Assembly: GCF_006345805.1 (NCBI RefSeq)
Contig: NC_043018.1
Coordinates: 868,001 to 932,000 of the forward strand
Source of the DNA: Octopus sinensis
Lineage: Eukaryota
Reading direction: 5' to 3'
Length of the DNA: 64,000 nucleotides
The first letter of the stretch is position 1. Each line of letters begins with the position of its first letter. This document shows, piece by piece, positions 13,011-27,585 of this stretch. The notes under the pieces were generated by a model, which saw only the letters and a list, made by a program, of their open reading frames with translations, did no database searches and was not told where the DNA came from. A program made the position numbers and the translations under genes.

Positions 13011-14782
13011 CATATTTATCAGAATTACTGATATGTAATCGTCTCATTGCTAAATCAATATTACTAGAATATACTCTGAACTTCAAGGTGTTAACCACAT
13101 AAAAGTACATCAGTTTGTCGTAAATATTATTGAATGATAAAAATGAAAGTTGCCTTGAAAATATTTATTTTGTTTAACAAATCATTCTTTCCTCTATGAT
13201 ATACATACGTTTTCATATCCAGATTAGCACTTAAAATCATTCAAGCAAGCTATACACGTATACAAATATCACATATTTATCCCCGAGCGTGACAAGTTCA
13301 TACGAATGGGTCACTGACAATAAACAACTAAAATATCACTGTCTGAATTTCAACAAGATTAATCCACAATACTGACTCCAGTATACTTTGTTTTACCTGA
13401 AGCCTTCATCGGGAACTAGAATTGTTGTGTGATATAGTTTGTTGTAAAAAGGAAGTAGAAAGAAATATGGATGCGTCAGAAGACAAGCAGATATAAGCAT
13501 ACATATATAGACAATATCCTTACTTTCAGAGAGACAGAGAGAAATGCACATATATGTTCGCGCACAAAACATTCCAAAATATACACGCATATTTATATAT
13601 ATATGTGTGAGTGTGTTCGTGTGTGCCCCTGTGTGTGTACATGTATATATTTGCACTATTAATAACGAATAATTATCCTTTCAAAATCAACTCCTCATTT
13701 AAATAAATTAACATTATGCTTCAGCTAACAGTACTGACTTTCAACTCCTCTAACGCGGACGCAACCCTCACAAGAGAACTTTCAGGACTTCTAATAATTG
13801 CCTCTCATCTACATAGCTAGCCACGTCTATGAACTAATGAGTCGGTTCATACAATATAGTAAGCTCTATATTAACGTTCTGGAGACAGTTCCTTCTACAG
13901 AACAGAAAATATTATTGTCTTCAGCTGTTCTTGTCGGTTAAATTCACGTGCTCACAATCTATATTATTTAAAATGATGATTCATTTTCCAGTAACTGATC
14001 CAACCTCAAACTTCCATGCCCAAGAAAAGCCTTCCCTGTTGTCTAGCATCATCTTTAAAAATGTAAAACTCTTTTCTTTTCATAATCTTTAATTTTCTCG
14101 TTTTCGTGTTATGCTTTTAATATTATTGTAGCTTTACAATAGTTTTATGATTATTATTGATAATATAGTTAAAGAGGGCAAGCTGGCAGAATAGTTAGCA
14201 CGCCGGGCAAAATGCTTAGTGGCGTTTCGTCCGTTTTCACGTTCTGAGTTCAAATTCCACCAATGTCGAAGTGATCGCAGAGCAACGTAGATGGAGCGTT
14301 TTCTTGAACACAATGCGCTACCCGGGCTAAGAACTGAAACCACGATCTTGCGATCGTCAGTGCAACATCTTAACTACTCGTCCGATTTGCACTCAAACAA
14401 CATAAAAATACTAATAATCCTTTCTACTGAAGAAGCAAGGCCTGAAATTTTGTTGGGAGGGGGATATTCGATTACATCGCCCTCAGTGTTTCACTGGTAC
14501 TTAATTTAGTGACCCCGAAATGACGAATGGCAAAGTCGACCGCGGCGGAATTTGAACTCAGAACGTGATAGTAATATTGCAAACTGAATTAAAGGGGCGA
14601 GTTGGCAGAATCGTTATCACCTGAGGCAAAATGTTTAGCGATATTTCGTCCGTCTTAAGGTTCTGAGTTCAAGGTCTGCCGAGGTTGAATTTGCCTTTCA
14701 TCCTTTCGTTGTCGATAAAAGTACCAGTGAAACACTGGGATCCAGGTTATCGACTAATCCCCATTCCATAATGAAAACAGTG

Positions 14783-15165
14783 TGGAAGCACTCCGTCGGT
14801 TACGACGATGAGGGTTCCGGTTGATCCGAATCAACGGAACAGCCTGCTCATGAAATTAACGTGTAAGTGGCTGAGCACTCCACAGACAGGTGTACCCTTA
14901 ACGTAGTTCTCGGGGATATTCAGCGTGACACAGAGAGTGACAAGGACGGCCCTTTGAAATACAGGTACAACAGAAACAGGAAGTAAGAGTGAGAGAATGT
15001 TGTGGTGAAAGAGTACAGCAGAGATTATCACCATCCCTGCCGGAGCCTCGTGGAGCTTTAGGTGTTTTCGCTCAATAAACACTCACAACGCCCGATCTGG
15101 AAATCGAAACCGCGATCCTATGACCGCGAGTCCGCTGCCCTAACCACTGGGCCATTGCGCCTCCA
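14783..15165 (-). mobile_element. SINE family A, full length
   Basis: Matches the 5073 copy; target-site duplication ATGAAAACAGT at 14771-14781 and 15168-15178. Confidence 0.9.
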
Positions 15166-18100
15166 CTATGAAAACAGTAACCAATATCAGTCCTTATGCT
15201 TTTAGCAGAAAATAATGATTATTAATGATATAATTAGTATGTTCATTATAATAGATAATATTATTTTTCGTGGTATTTTATAAAATTACGACTATTGTTA
15301 TAATCCTTGTATTTTCTTATTACTGACCAAATGCATATGGCACTCTAAGGGACCATGTTTCAATGCCTGTGCGTGATATAGGTTAGAATGAATTACGTGG
15401 ATTAAGCAAAATTAACTGGGAATCAGGATTATCATAAAGAGTGACTTTTTTCTGAAATTTCGAGTAGAATTCTTATTAAAATAATGGTAAATTAACAAAG
15501 AATGATGAATGTTTAAAACTAAGAAATGGTATGGGACAAAAAAGGGAATGTTGAAGCAATATAGTTTTATATATTTTCAGGGTTTTCCTAATTTCTACTC
15601 TCTGTGCTGGTTATTATATTTTCCCACTCATCCACCTCCCATCTTATAGCTTCAACATAACACATGTAGCCTCATTTTAATTCGATTTTTTCGAATTTTT
15701 ATACATTCGGAATTAATTATTCCATGATTTTCTTTTGGTTTTCCATTTCTACTTTTTGCGTTTTTGCGTGATTCTTTGAACATTTCTATCTTTAGGAATT
15801 TCTGGTGTGTGCATCTCACTCTTCATGTTCGTGTAAGCGCTTCTGTATTATGTGTCCCCATACAAATGTGCGTTTGTTCGTTATCTTGTTGAAGTTTCCT
15901 TTTCCTGATCTCAAGATTTTTCTTGGTACTGTTTTTCGTTATTTGTTTGCCGTTATTTTCTTATTATTTAATTAGCAACAGCACAATTTTTTTTCTCAAT
16001 ATCAGCTGTGAATAATCTTAAAATGTAACATTTTCTAATTCTAAACAATTTTTGTATTCTTTATTATATCTCCATTTTTTTACGTTATCTCGCGTTATGT
16101 CTATTTTATAACATACGATTTGTTTTATTAGTTTACGTTTTTATTTTACATCGAAAAGAAAATTTAACCACATTTTAGTTCCTGCACCGGATTATCTGTG
16201 AAACGAACGAAAATAAGAGTTATTTCACGCAATTGAAAGCATTACATCTCTGTGATAATATTTCTATTGATGTGCTTGAAATAAGAAGGATGTCTTCAGC
16301 CTACCATGCTTAATACATCTATGTCCAACACTTGAAACGGCACGTAATCAAATACACACAATTGTTACAAACGGTGGTTGCCTGAGTGTAAATAATAAAG
16401 TCTTTCAAGAAGCCTGGGCAACAGAAATTATGTTGTGCTCATCATTGTGTGTTCCGCATTACGGAATGTTTGAGTCCATATGCTTTAAATGACAACGGGT
16501 GAAAACATGGTGTCGTAACACGTTTCTGAAAAATGGTCGTACGTTATCTTTGGAAATACATGTTTGAGGAAATGAGAAAAAAAGCGTCATACGTCATTCT
16601 TAATAGCTTAGCTGGGTTAAAATACATATCACAAATGATATGGTGTTTCAGTGTTATCGTATTTTTTTATCAAATAAACCATTTATTTCCCTCGTCGTCC
16701 GGGAATAATCGCTTCCTCCTTTTGATGTTAATACACAGATACAGATATAGATACTTACACGCGCACACACAAACACACTTACACACACACACACACACAC
16801 ACACATACACACAGAAACAAACATATATATTGTTTAATATAAACAATATATGGTTGTGAGCTGCTAATAGATTCAGACTTTGGAGAAGATATTTAGGGAA
16901 GTTTTAATAATACACCCAGTGTCGCCAATTATCTTGTTATTAAAAGCGGAATAGACAATATTTTAAACGTGTGAAACTATTAGTAGCTCATAAGTATACA
17001 GAGTTTAGTTTAAACTATATTCATCTCTCCCCAGATGGAGCATTTTCTGTGTTGAACTTCCATTAACAGGAATGTAATCTATCTATGTACCTACCTACCT
17101 ACCTGCCTGTCAGTCTATCTATCCGAACGCACAACAAACTCTACATATTTTTTCACTACATTAGTGCAAATGTTTATAACTTCATAATACATATGCTATG
17201 AATTTATCGTTCCCAAAATGTGTACCCAAGTAAGGCGTGTTCCACCAAAAAGTGTAATTATCTCCTTCAGAGTTCAAATTGATCTAGAGTTTGACAGGGG
17301 TTGGATGACATAAGCGCTGGGGTGAGGGCTGGGATGGAGTTGATAAACTCACCCCAAATGGGAGCCTTGGTGCCAAGCTTTGAAATCGATATTAGGCATC
17401 TCATATGCGGAGAGCTGGTAGAATCGTTAGCACAGCGGTTGAAAGGCCTAGCCTCATTTCGTGTGTCCTTATGTTCTAAGCTTAAATTCTGTATATGTCG
17501 AATTTGCTTCTCATTTCGTCGGACGTCAAAATGAGTACGAAGTGAGAGCTGGAATATATATATTGGACTTAACCGCATGTCCAAAATAAATGACCTTGTG
17601 TAAAAATTTAAAACCAATATTAGGAATGCCATATATCGCACCAGAACACCTTATTCTGCATTGGCTGAACATCCCTGAATCTCTCAATTTCAAACAAACA
17701 TTTGGCATGTATAAGTGAGATGTTCTATGGAACCAGAAGTGGTGGTTTATCTAATCTATTTCATATTACGAAATTGACTTTTCACTATCGCACTTAGCAA
17801 GTCCTCCGATATTTTCTATTGCAGGAATGTAAATGCTCTTCGTAAAATATATATAATTTACTTCCATTTTTGAAATGGAATTTATATTTAAAATTATTTT
17901 ATCAACTTTTATCAAGGGACCCCCAAAACAGTTAATTTAAGCATATCTATAGTGGATATAATCAACAGGTGCATGTTTATTTGGCTTACATAAAACCTGT
18001 GAGAGCTAGGAGATATTTATAGCGATATTTTACATTTATATTATTTATAGTGATATTTTACATATATATTTTTTATATAATTTTATATAATTATTCTCAT

Positions 18101-18775
18101 ATTTTTTCTTAATAACGCCTGCACTACCAATTCTTATCAGCAAAGGAGTTCCAGAATAAAATAAATGATTATTGAGTTGCTTTAGGAAAGGATAGATATC
18201 TCGCTGATGAGTGACGAAGAGTAAAGAGGCCCTTATAGGCTGGAGTGGGGTATACTCGGTGTATGCTTGGTGTGAAAGTGACTAATTTATTGTTACAAAA
18301 GTGAAAGACATTAAGGATTCAGCACAGTCATTCTAATAAGTCATGAATTTATTACATTTACGCATTATAACAAGTACGAGGAGGCCACTTATTAATTAAT
18401 ATATAAGTTGACATTTATTGTATCAACCCAAACGAGGTGCGTGTGAGGATTTCTTTATAGAAAAGACTTCGCTTGGAATTGCATGGAATTGTGAGTGTAT
18501 TTGGCAGACGGAAAATGACGGAAACCAATCATATCTATGTATATCGTTGTTATTATGTCAAACTGTCGTATGTCTAAATTTGGCCAAATGCGTTTTTCAA
18601 TATTTGATTTTCCTTGCACTAGCAGGTTCTTTTGGTCAAAGTATCGTATCTCCAGCTGCTTCTGATGCCAAAATATCACAAATTGCCAAAAAGTAGCGCA
18701 ACGGTTTTTCGATTTCTCAAACAGCAACGTTGTAGACTTACCACACTTTTGCATAATAACAACGGTATATATATA

Positions 18776-18824
<49 letters not shown>

Positions 18825-18960
18825 GAGGGCATTATACATACATGCCAGAAGGCATTATACATACATGCCACACGCTAAGAGGGACAATTAGTCATTTCTA
18901 CCAAAAATATTACTAATCCCACCGAATGCAATTCTTCAAAGTAAGACATTTAAAAAATAT

Positions 18961-19008
18961 AGACCTGTATCACAGTGATTTCATACTTACGTATTCATCA
19001 GCAGGCCT
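18961..19008 (-). ncRNA. Intact type-I hammerhead ribozyme
   Basis: Minus strand: aggcctg CTGATGA atac gtaa gtat GAA ATCA ctg TGAT A caggtct. Stem I is 7 bp (one G-U), stem II is 4 bp with a GUAA tetraloop, stem III is 4 bp, and the triplet is AUA. Confidence 0.85.
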
Positions 19009-19082
19009 GAATGTATTATAAATAAACAACGACCCTGCCCCGCTTAAGCCGATCAGCTAACTGATCAACATCAACGAAGCAC

Positions 19083-20099
19083 ATGGGTGAGTTTACATAT
19101 ATTACATCCGGATAAATGGCAAACTTTTACGAATTGCATTTCGGGAGAGGAAAAGTTTTTTCGGAATAAAAATTTAGCAATATGTTCAATAAGAAATAAT
19201 TATTTTCGAAATTTTTTCTCTTATGAGGTTTTCACGCTATCTACCTGACAATTTCTTGTTAAGTTTTCCTTATTAAGTAGTTGTCCTTAATTGCTAAATT
19301 AGGTGTTTTCGCTCAATAAACACTCACAACGCCCGGTCTGGGAATCGAAATCGCGATCCTATGACCGCGAGTCCGCTGCCCTAACCACTGGGCCATTGCG
19401 CCTCCACTTATCTACGTATATTAGTTATACCTATGATGACCAGCCTGATGTTTCCGAATACGTTGTCAATCAGAAATTCATGAAGTATTAAATATAAGTA
19501 GACAAAAAGTGAAACAGCGATGATGTTGATTTTGTTTATTAAACTCTTTCAGCAGTATGTCTCTTTTCGTCAAAGTCAATATACTCAGAAATTATCTTGA
19601 TACCAGTGAATTTCCAGTCGACAAAACACATGAAGACAAATATATTTATTCGTAAGTTACTAATGTCTTGCCCCGAGGGGAAAAGAAAATGAGACGGGAG
19701 TTCCACCAGATTTATAAGAAACTTTTTTTCCACTAACAAGTCTCTCCAACATTTTCTATTTTATTTTAATTTCATGTTTTTACAAAAGAAACAGAATTAT
19801 ATAATTTTCTAGCGTAGGAAAGATTGCAGAATAGTCTAGTTGTATTTTTCAGGTTTTGATATTCTAGTTAATTCTGAATACTAAACATATACTGTTGGGA
19901 TTATTGTTCAATAATAAATACTTTCTCCGTTATATTACAGAACGTGTTCTTTATATTCTGCATTCATCTCCCTGCAGAAGTACGACAATTTGCACCCGTT
20001 ATTAATTTTACCATCATCATCACAGTCGTCTTTGTCGTGAAGGTCATTACTATTTTTCTTGTTGCTATGCCTCCAACCTTCCGTGGTGAAAAATGTTGA
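19083..20099 (+). CDS. Speculative 3-exon small ORF (74 aa, C-terminal hydrophobic segment): exons 19083-19086, 19553-19651, 19978-20099
   Basis: Splice sites ATGG|GTGAGT, TCTTTCAG|...TTC|GTAAGT and CATCTCCCTGCAG| chain in one consistent phase; no homology recognised. Confidence 0.2.
19300..19406 (-). mobile_element. SINE family A, head-only fragment
   Basis: Matches the tRNA-like 5' ~105 nt of family A. Confidence 0.85.
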
Positions 20100-20331
20100 A
20101 ATCATGGGAATCATAAGTTATAGGAATCACAGTGTAAATCTATACAACTATCCATCGATTCTATCCATACATAGGTCTTTAGCTGTATGCATACACACGA
20201 ACCTACAAATATATATAGGTACAGTGACTGTGTGGTAAGGCTTGGTTCACAGACAAATGCTTCCAGAAACAAGAGAGTAAAAGAAAAAATATATATATAT
20301 GTACATATATGTATATATATATACATATATA

Positions 20332-20584
20332 CGAGCAAAGCGCCCCCCAGTCCAATGGACGGTGCTATGTTGTCAAACATTTAAACCAAATTTTCTCAAA
20401 ACGACTTGTCCGACCGTCCCATAGACATCACCTTGAATGGATTTTTGTAATTTTTCAAGATTTATGCACGCCCTGATACCGTAGGTATCTACAGGTTAAA
20501 TTTGAGCGTAATCGGATGGAGGATGCCCGAGATCCTAGAAGACACACAGACAGACACACAGAACAGATTTTATATAATAGAAGA
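20332..20584 (-). mobile_element. Non-autonomous Helitron
   Basis: Minus 5' end TCTTCTATTATATAAAATCTG after a host A, internal (CTGT/GT) microsatellite, 3' hairpin CCGTCC-ATT-GGACTGG and degenerate CTAG (CTCG). Confidence 0.55.
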
Positions 20585-21389
20585 TATATATATATGTATA
20601 TATTCCCTTTTAACCCTTGTCTATATATTTATATATAAATACGTATGCATATATATGTGTGTGTGGGCGTGTGTTCATATACACAAGGCTATAAGTACAT
20701 AGGCATGGACAGATAAAGCTTCCGTGTTTCCATGATGATTTTCCATGGAGTATTGGAAGAAAAGAAATGAGGAGTGAACCATATTTTCCACCAAAAAGAT
20801 CATGAGTTCAATCTCATAAGAAATACACAGAATACATGAATATAAATATAAGCGAAGAGAAGAGAACGCGAATAGTATATTAGATATTCTGTTTCAATCA
20901 AATGAAGTGCAGAAAATGTTGTATGTTATGACATTGGAAATCTCTTCCATCAAATTTCAAATCAGTGATATAAAGTTGCGTTTATCCCCAAATTAACCAG
21001 TCTTTATCCAGTTATTTAAGATTTGTTTTATTTTAGTCTTTATCCCGTGGCAGAAAATACCATATATAAACAAAGACTTGAATGATCACCTATCGCGAAC
21101 CCCCATGCACAACAGAGTGCCAAAGAATAATTTCAAATATTGGAACGTTTCCATAAGTGATAGGGTATATTTCACGAAATTACATATGATGATATTATTT
21201 TGAAGAGAATTTGGCAAAATATATGTCTGGAAATACTTCCACAGAGAATAAGTGTGAGTTCCAAAATGTTAGATGAAGTTTGGTGCAATTATATATATGT
21301 AGACTATAATAAATTATGTATGTTCGTGTACGTATATATATATATATATATATATATTACATATATATATATATATATATAATATATAT

Positions 21390-21460
<71 letters not shown>

Positions 21461-21735
21461 CATATTATATATGTACATATATATACATCTATATATGGGT
21501 GTGTGTATACACATATGCGTGTTTGCGTGGATATATGTGCACGTAATGCTTGTAAGTAATTATATGTGTATGTGTATGTACACGCATGCAAACACACGCG
21601 CACACACACACGCACACACACACACATACACACACACATTATATATATATGTGTGTATATATATATTCATATATATATATTTATTTGTTTATATATATAT
21701 ATATATATAATATATATATATGCATATATATATAC

Positions 21736-21783
<48 letters not shown>

Positions 21784-21784
21784 T

Positions 21785-21828
<44 letters not shown>

Positions 21829-22969
21829 TATATGAGATATGTGTACATAAACTCATATATTTTTGTCATTGATATGACGTTACCGATTTGGAAGCCAGAC
21901 TTGGTGTAGTGTTATTAGAAAATTTCAGAGTTGCTTCTCTTCGAGAAATAACAAACTTATTGAAAGCAATATTATATATGGTAAGGCGTAAGTTATATTT
22001 GATTATTTCTTGAATAACGTTTTTTTTTTCCGAAATTTCAATAAAATTAAATGCAATGAATATTATCTCAAGATATCTTATTAATTTTAGTAGATAGGCA
22101 AGGGACTGTGCAAGTCTTGTCTATTAGACCAGAGTTTTGTAAAAAAAAAATGTAATGTAATTAACATTAGCAAAATCGCAATACATTCAACTAACGCTAT
22201 GTACCGCTAAAAAGATCAGAACGTCTCGTAAAATATGTAGGAATAAAAACGTATGGTAGCATGTTTAATATATCAAGTCAAAATTAATTAAAATTACACA
22301 ATTATTAACATGAAAATTTATTTTATAAATAAGTACTTCGTGTAAAACATATGCATTGGAAAGAACACAGGAACTTTGATTAATTAAAATGAATTGCATA
22401 TCAAATACGGTGGGAAGTGCGTGTGTTCACTTGGTTGATGAACGTGAACTCCGAGCATATTTCTGCTTTAGCAGACGTTACTCTCGAAGCCCACAGCTAC
22501 CGTACGTAAAATATATTTTTAATACCACAATGTTTTAGCTACTCATTGATTGAAAAGTTTGAGTTGCAATTGCTTAGTATACACACACATCTATCCTTAC
22601 CCCAGTAAAGTATATCTTCATGCAGTTGTGGAGAAGTTAAGCGACTCGCCCACTACAGACTTAGGCTTTCCTCAAACTGCCAAGCGCTTTATAGGTGCAA
22701 CACCAATGGTCGGAGAGATAAATTCCAATGGCATAAAATTTAACTTCTTAAGAAATACTTTACTGTTCTAATGCCTTCGAGTCTGGTTCTTTGTTCGTAT
22801 ATATGATCAACTGAAGATATATGTACATATGCATAAATAATACGGGAGACTAATTCTGTAGCTATTCAGGTGTTTTGACGCCTATTTCTAGCAATACATG
22901 GGCTGCTTAGTGCCCCATATTTCAGATTATATGTGTGTGCTCGTGTGTATATGCGTATATTTATATGTA

Positions 22970-23050
<81 letters not shown>

Positions 23051-23288
23051 CAAACACACATACAGGTATATATATGCATAAGTATAGGTATGTATATATA
23101 CTTATGTGTGTGTGTCTTTGTGTCTGTCCTCAGCTATCGCCGTTGTTCGTGTGTTTACGTCCTTGTAGCTTCGTGGTCCGGCAAAATAGACCGACAGAAT
23201 AATTACTGGACTATGTGTCCTCTTCTACATATGCCCATCAAGTAAACAAACAAACACACACACACACACACACACCACACACACACAC

Positions 23289-23323
<35 letters not shown>

Positions 23324-24029
23324 TAAATGGAACAAGGACACAATAGAGGACAATAGAACATTTGGACAGATAGACGATACAAAGGCGGAGAAGAGAAACA
23401 ACAACTAGAAGGATAGTCAAAAAGAGACAGGCCATTCGTGGCCTTCTTCCCTCAGTCAAATACCAGAAGTCACGATCGGTTCGGGCAGCTACACTTGAGA
23501 GAGACTACTACCTTCGTATAGATAACAACGTACTTATACTGTCTCCTTCATAAGCTCGTCTTCCTAGCGTTCAGAATAATTTTTTCTATCGGCTTGGCTT
23601 AACAGCCCTCAACGTTTGTTTTTACTGTTTTGTTCTCACTGTCCTCTTCTTATTACCACTTTCACCCTCCGCCAAAAATCCCAACTGTTATGCAATTTGC
23701 TTTGCGAGAAGGACTGTTTCAATGAAGCCACGTCTTGTCCTTACCTTCGAAAAGCGGAGTAGATGAAACAGGGACAACTGAAGAAGGGGAATATTCTTTA
23801 TGTTATATGTCTCATTTCTCTATTTTTTTGTTGTTCTAAAAAAATTTTGTTTCTATGTTTTGTTTTTATGTTCAACGTTTTTTTTAATGCCCTGTACCCA
23901 TACGTGCATGTGTATTTACATATATATGTAGGTATGTACATATATGTATGTATATATGCATATATTTATATATTTCATTATTATATGATCGAGCGCCACG
24001 CATCCTTTTCCAAGTAAGTTTTATCTATG

Positions 24030-24051
24030 TATCCATTTATCTACCTATCTG

Positions 24052-24084
<33 letters not shown>

Positions 24085-24108
24085 GTATCTATCTATCTAT
24101 CTATCTAC

Positions 24109-24184
<76 letters not shown>

Positions 24185-24185
24185 A
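24030..24185. repeat. (CTAT)n microsatellite
   Basis: Direct reading; the complementary (AGAT)n occurs at ~63075-63165. Confidence 0.95.
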
Positions 24186-24189
24186 TATA

Positions 24190-24235
<46 letters not shown>

Positions 24236-25599
24236 GTTTATTCTGAAGTTCCTTGTTTTCCCTAAAGGTCCTCCTGAATGACGGGGTTCCCACATCACCA
24301 TCCTTTCCCCCCTTTTTTCTAGTTTTTACCCTTCCAATGTATACCGTGTATACTTTTTTAACTTTATCATTCCAGTATATGCGAACCCCCGACACTTTAT
24401 GCTTGTCTTTGTATTATTCCCTCATTCCACGCCTGGTGGCAAACGAAAGAACTCAACATCATCATCATTATCATCATTATTATGATAGACACATACATGC
24501 ATACGTATATATGCACATACATACGTACATACATACGTATAAATATACACATACATACAGGCATACATACACACATGCATACATACATATGTAAAAACGT
24601 AGATTCAGTCTCTTTTTAAAACGTCATTTTTACGCGTGATTCTCTTTTGTATACAAATATTTTGTGCTGTAATTATAACATCGATGATTGGGTAATCACC
24701 AGATGTTCTAAGCGAAATAGACATTTTATACGTTGTTAATTAATAACCTCATTCGGTAGGCAGTGCTAAGTGACAACGCTGTGTAATTTGGGTAGACCGT
24801 TCGTTTTATAGATGTTCAGAAAAGGAATTTTATTATTTTTATTGTGAAGCTGAGATGAAGAAAAAAAGTAGGGAGCGAATGCTATAAACATACCTTGAGT
24901 TTCTTTGGATAAGAAGAAATTCGACACATTTATTGCAGATCAAAGTAAATTCTGGGTTATCCGTGATAAATAGCTTTGAATTCAGTGGCTTGTAGAAGGA
25001 GAAATGATGATACCTATAAAACTCTCACAATACATAACAAATAAAAAAATGATTTATATAGTCCTAAAACGGAATGAAAAAAATCGATATAATAATAATA
25101 ATGCTTTCTACTGAAGGCGCAAGATCTGAAATTTGGGAGAGATGACTATTCGGTCACATCGACACCAGTAGACCACTGCTATTTGATTTATAGACGCCCG
25201 AAGGGATGAAAGGTAGAGTAAAGATTGACGATATTTGAATTCAGAGCGTGAAAACTTACGATATTGCCACTAGTCATTTTACTCGGTGTGCTAACGAATT
25301 TGCCAGCTCGCCGAGATACTGATGATAATAATAATAACAATAATAATAATCCTGTCTTCTATAGGCAAAAGGCCTGAAAAGTAGTTATAATAATAATAAT
25401 ATTTTTTCTACTAATGGCACAAGACCTTGAAATTTTGGTGGGAGCGGAGTAGTCAATTACACCGACTCCCCCTGTGCTTCACTGGTTCTTAATTTGTCGA
25501 CTCTTAGACTATGAAAGGGAAAGTCGACCTTGGTGGAACTTGAACACAGAATGTAGCAGTAGAAGAAACGCCGCAAAGCAAAAACTACAACAACAGCAA

Positions 25600-25634
25600 C
25601 AACAACAACAACAAAAACAATAATAATAATAATG

Positions 25635-25721
<87 letters not shown>

Positions 25722-25735
25722 CTAATACTAATAAT
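25600..25735. repeat. (CAA)n/(TAA)n microsatellite
   Basis: Direct reading. Confidence 0.95.
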
Positions 25736-25743
25736 ATTTTTTT

Positions 25744-25905
25744 AGATATCCACTAGTACAACACCCAAAAAAACCCCCCAAATATATGGCACACTAGGCA
25801 TAACAACAACGTGAACTTCCAACCTGTTGTCTCTCGAGGTCTTTGGGTGAGACTTGGTGCCAACTTGTACAAATATAATGCAAAAGTCAAACATCGAATA
25901 ATAAT
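25744..25905 (+). mobile_element. Probable 3' UTR fragment of a TAA-associated R4/Dong-like element
   Basis: Unique segment bounded on both sides by (TAA)n and adjacent to the RLE remnant; family assignment is inference. Confidence 0.4.
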
Positions 25906-25919
25906 AATAATAATCACAA

Positions 25920-26815
25920 CAAAAATTATCACCAAAAAGAGCTTGAAGGAGAATTACGCAAGAAGGGACTACACACTGAATTTCCTGTAGTCGCGACATA
26001 CATTGCTGGGAAAAATAGGTGAGATTGGCTGATGAAAGGAACCATAAAAACAGAGACCGAAAGCACTATATTGGCAGCGCAGTACCAAGACTTAGCCACG
26101 AAGTGGAGGATCAAATTTAGGAATGGGCAAGTGTCTCCGCTGTGTCGCATCTGCAATAGAGTGGCTGAAATCTTTGGCCATATCACGAACGAATGGTCTA
26201 GAGCTGCCCAAAACCACAACAAGCAGGTTGCGAAAGTGCTACATAGGAAATTGTTCGAAAAGTTAGGGTTAGAGTGAAGCAAGGCGTGGTATGAACACAG
26301 ACTGCAGGCTGTGGTAGAGTGGGAAACCGGCAAAATCCTCTGGGATTTCCCTAACCAAACGGATCCTGCGCTAGAGCATAACACACCTGACCTAGCGGTG
26401 GTGGATGAGGTGCACCACAGATGCTATATAGTTGATTCTGCATGTCCCTTTGACACACGAATAGTTAAGAAAGAAGACGAAAAGATAGATAGATGCAACA
26501 CTCTTTAGTAGGAAGTAGCCAGGCTATGGAAAATGAAGAACATGAAGACAGAGCAAATTATTGTTGGGGCCTTGGGAGCAGTATCCTAAGGAATATAAAG
26601 GAAATTGGCATAGAATGCCCTGTAGCATTGTTACAAAAGTGTTACCTCCTTGGCACGGCCAGAGTAGTCACGATAGTATTTGATAGCTGAAAGTAACGAA
26701 TAGTATGATAGCGTAGGCTGCAGGTACTAAGCCCACTACGCAGGGAGTAAACTCGCCGTTCGAGCCCCAGGATATCCAACAAAACCTGTGATAAACAGAT
26801 GATAAGAATAATGAT
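25920..26815 (+). mobile_element. Degenerate R4/Dong-like retrotransposon 3' end (zinc knuckle + RLE)
   Basis: KGTIKTETESTILAAQ...SPLCRICNRVAEIFGHI..., KILWDFPNQTDPALEHNTPDLAVVD...YIVDSACPFDTRIVKKEDEK, IIVGALG, LLQKCYLLGTARVV; ends in AATAATGATAAT. Confidence 0.85.
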
Positions 26816-27344
26816 AATCTTTTCTACTATAGTCACAAGGCCTCAAAATTTGGGGCAGGGATTAAGTCGATTTTATCGAACCCATTGCATAGCTGGTACT
26901 TAAGTTTCTTTATTGGCCACACAGGGCTGCACACAGATGGGACAAGTTACAAGGTTGAGCTTTTCTTTTGATGGAGAAAAAAAAAAGGTGGCGTAGGTTT
27001 TCGATCAAAAGGGATCGTAAAAGGGGAAAAAGAACAACTAAAAAGGAAAAAAAGAAAAAAAGGAAAAGAAAAGAAAAGAAAAAAAGAAAAAAATGAAAAC
27101 AAAAAAAGAAAAAAAGGAAAAGAAAAAGAAAAGAAAAAATGAAAAAATGAGAAAAAAGAGGAAAACAAAAGCTGGTACTTAATCGTCCCCGACATAATGA
27201 AAGGCAATAATAATAATGCATTATTTGAAACATATACACAAAAACCTATTTTCAACCGTGCTGTCTTCAATCTGATGATTTTATCGTAATTAATAACCAA
27301 AATCACTGTACAAAACAATATACTGTACATCTATTTATTTATTT

Positions 27345-27585
27345 TATAGTTAGCGCCATTTTCAAGCCTAGCCAGTTTCATGGGCCCGGTTTCCGTGTTT
27401 CTGTGGCGTATGTGCTCCCCCCACAAACTAGACGGGACGCCAGTCCATCGCAGCGTTACTCAAGAAACAGGAACAGAGAGAGAGTAAGTTGGAGCAAAAG
27501 AGTACAACAGGGATCACCACCAACCCCTGCCGGAACCTCGTTTGATCTTTTAGGTGTTTTTGCTCAGTAAACACACACAACGATT
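27345..27585 (-). mobile_element. SINE with family-A-like 5' body and V-domain-like 3' part (5' truncated)
   Basis: Minus TGCGATGGACTGGCGTCCCGTC resembles the V-SINE central domain; the tail matches 35500-35620. Confidence 0.6.

Noticed and set aside
14427-14450. CTGAAGA...GAAA motifs at 14427 and 26029
   Set aside because: At most 2-bp stem II and no stem I; they lie in a SINE tail and in R4 coding sequence.
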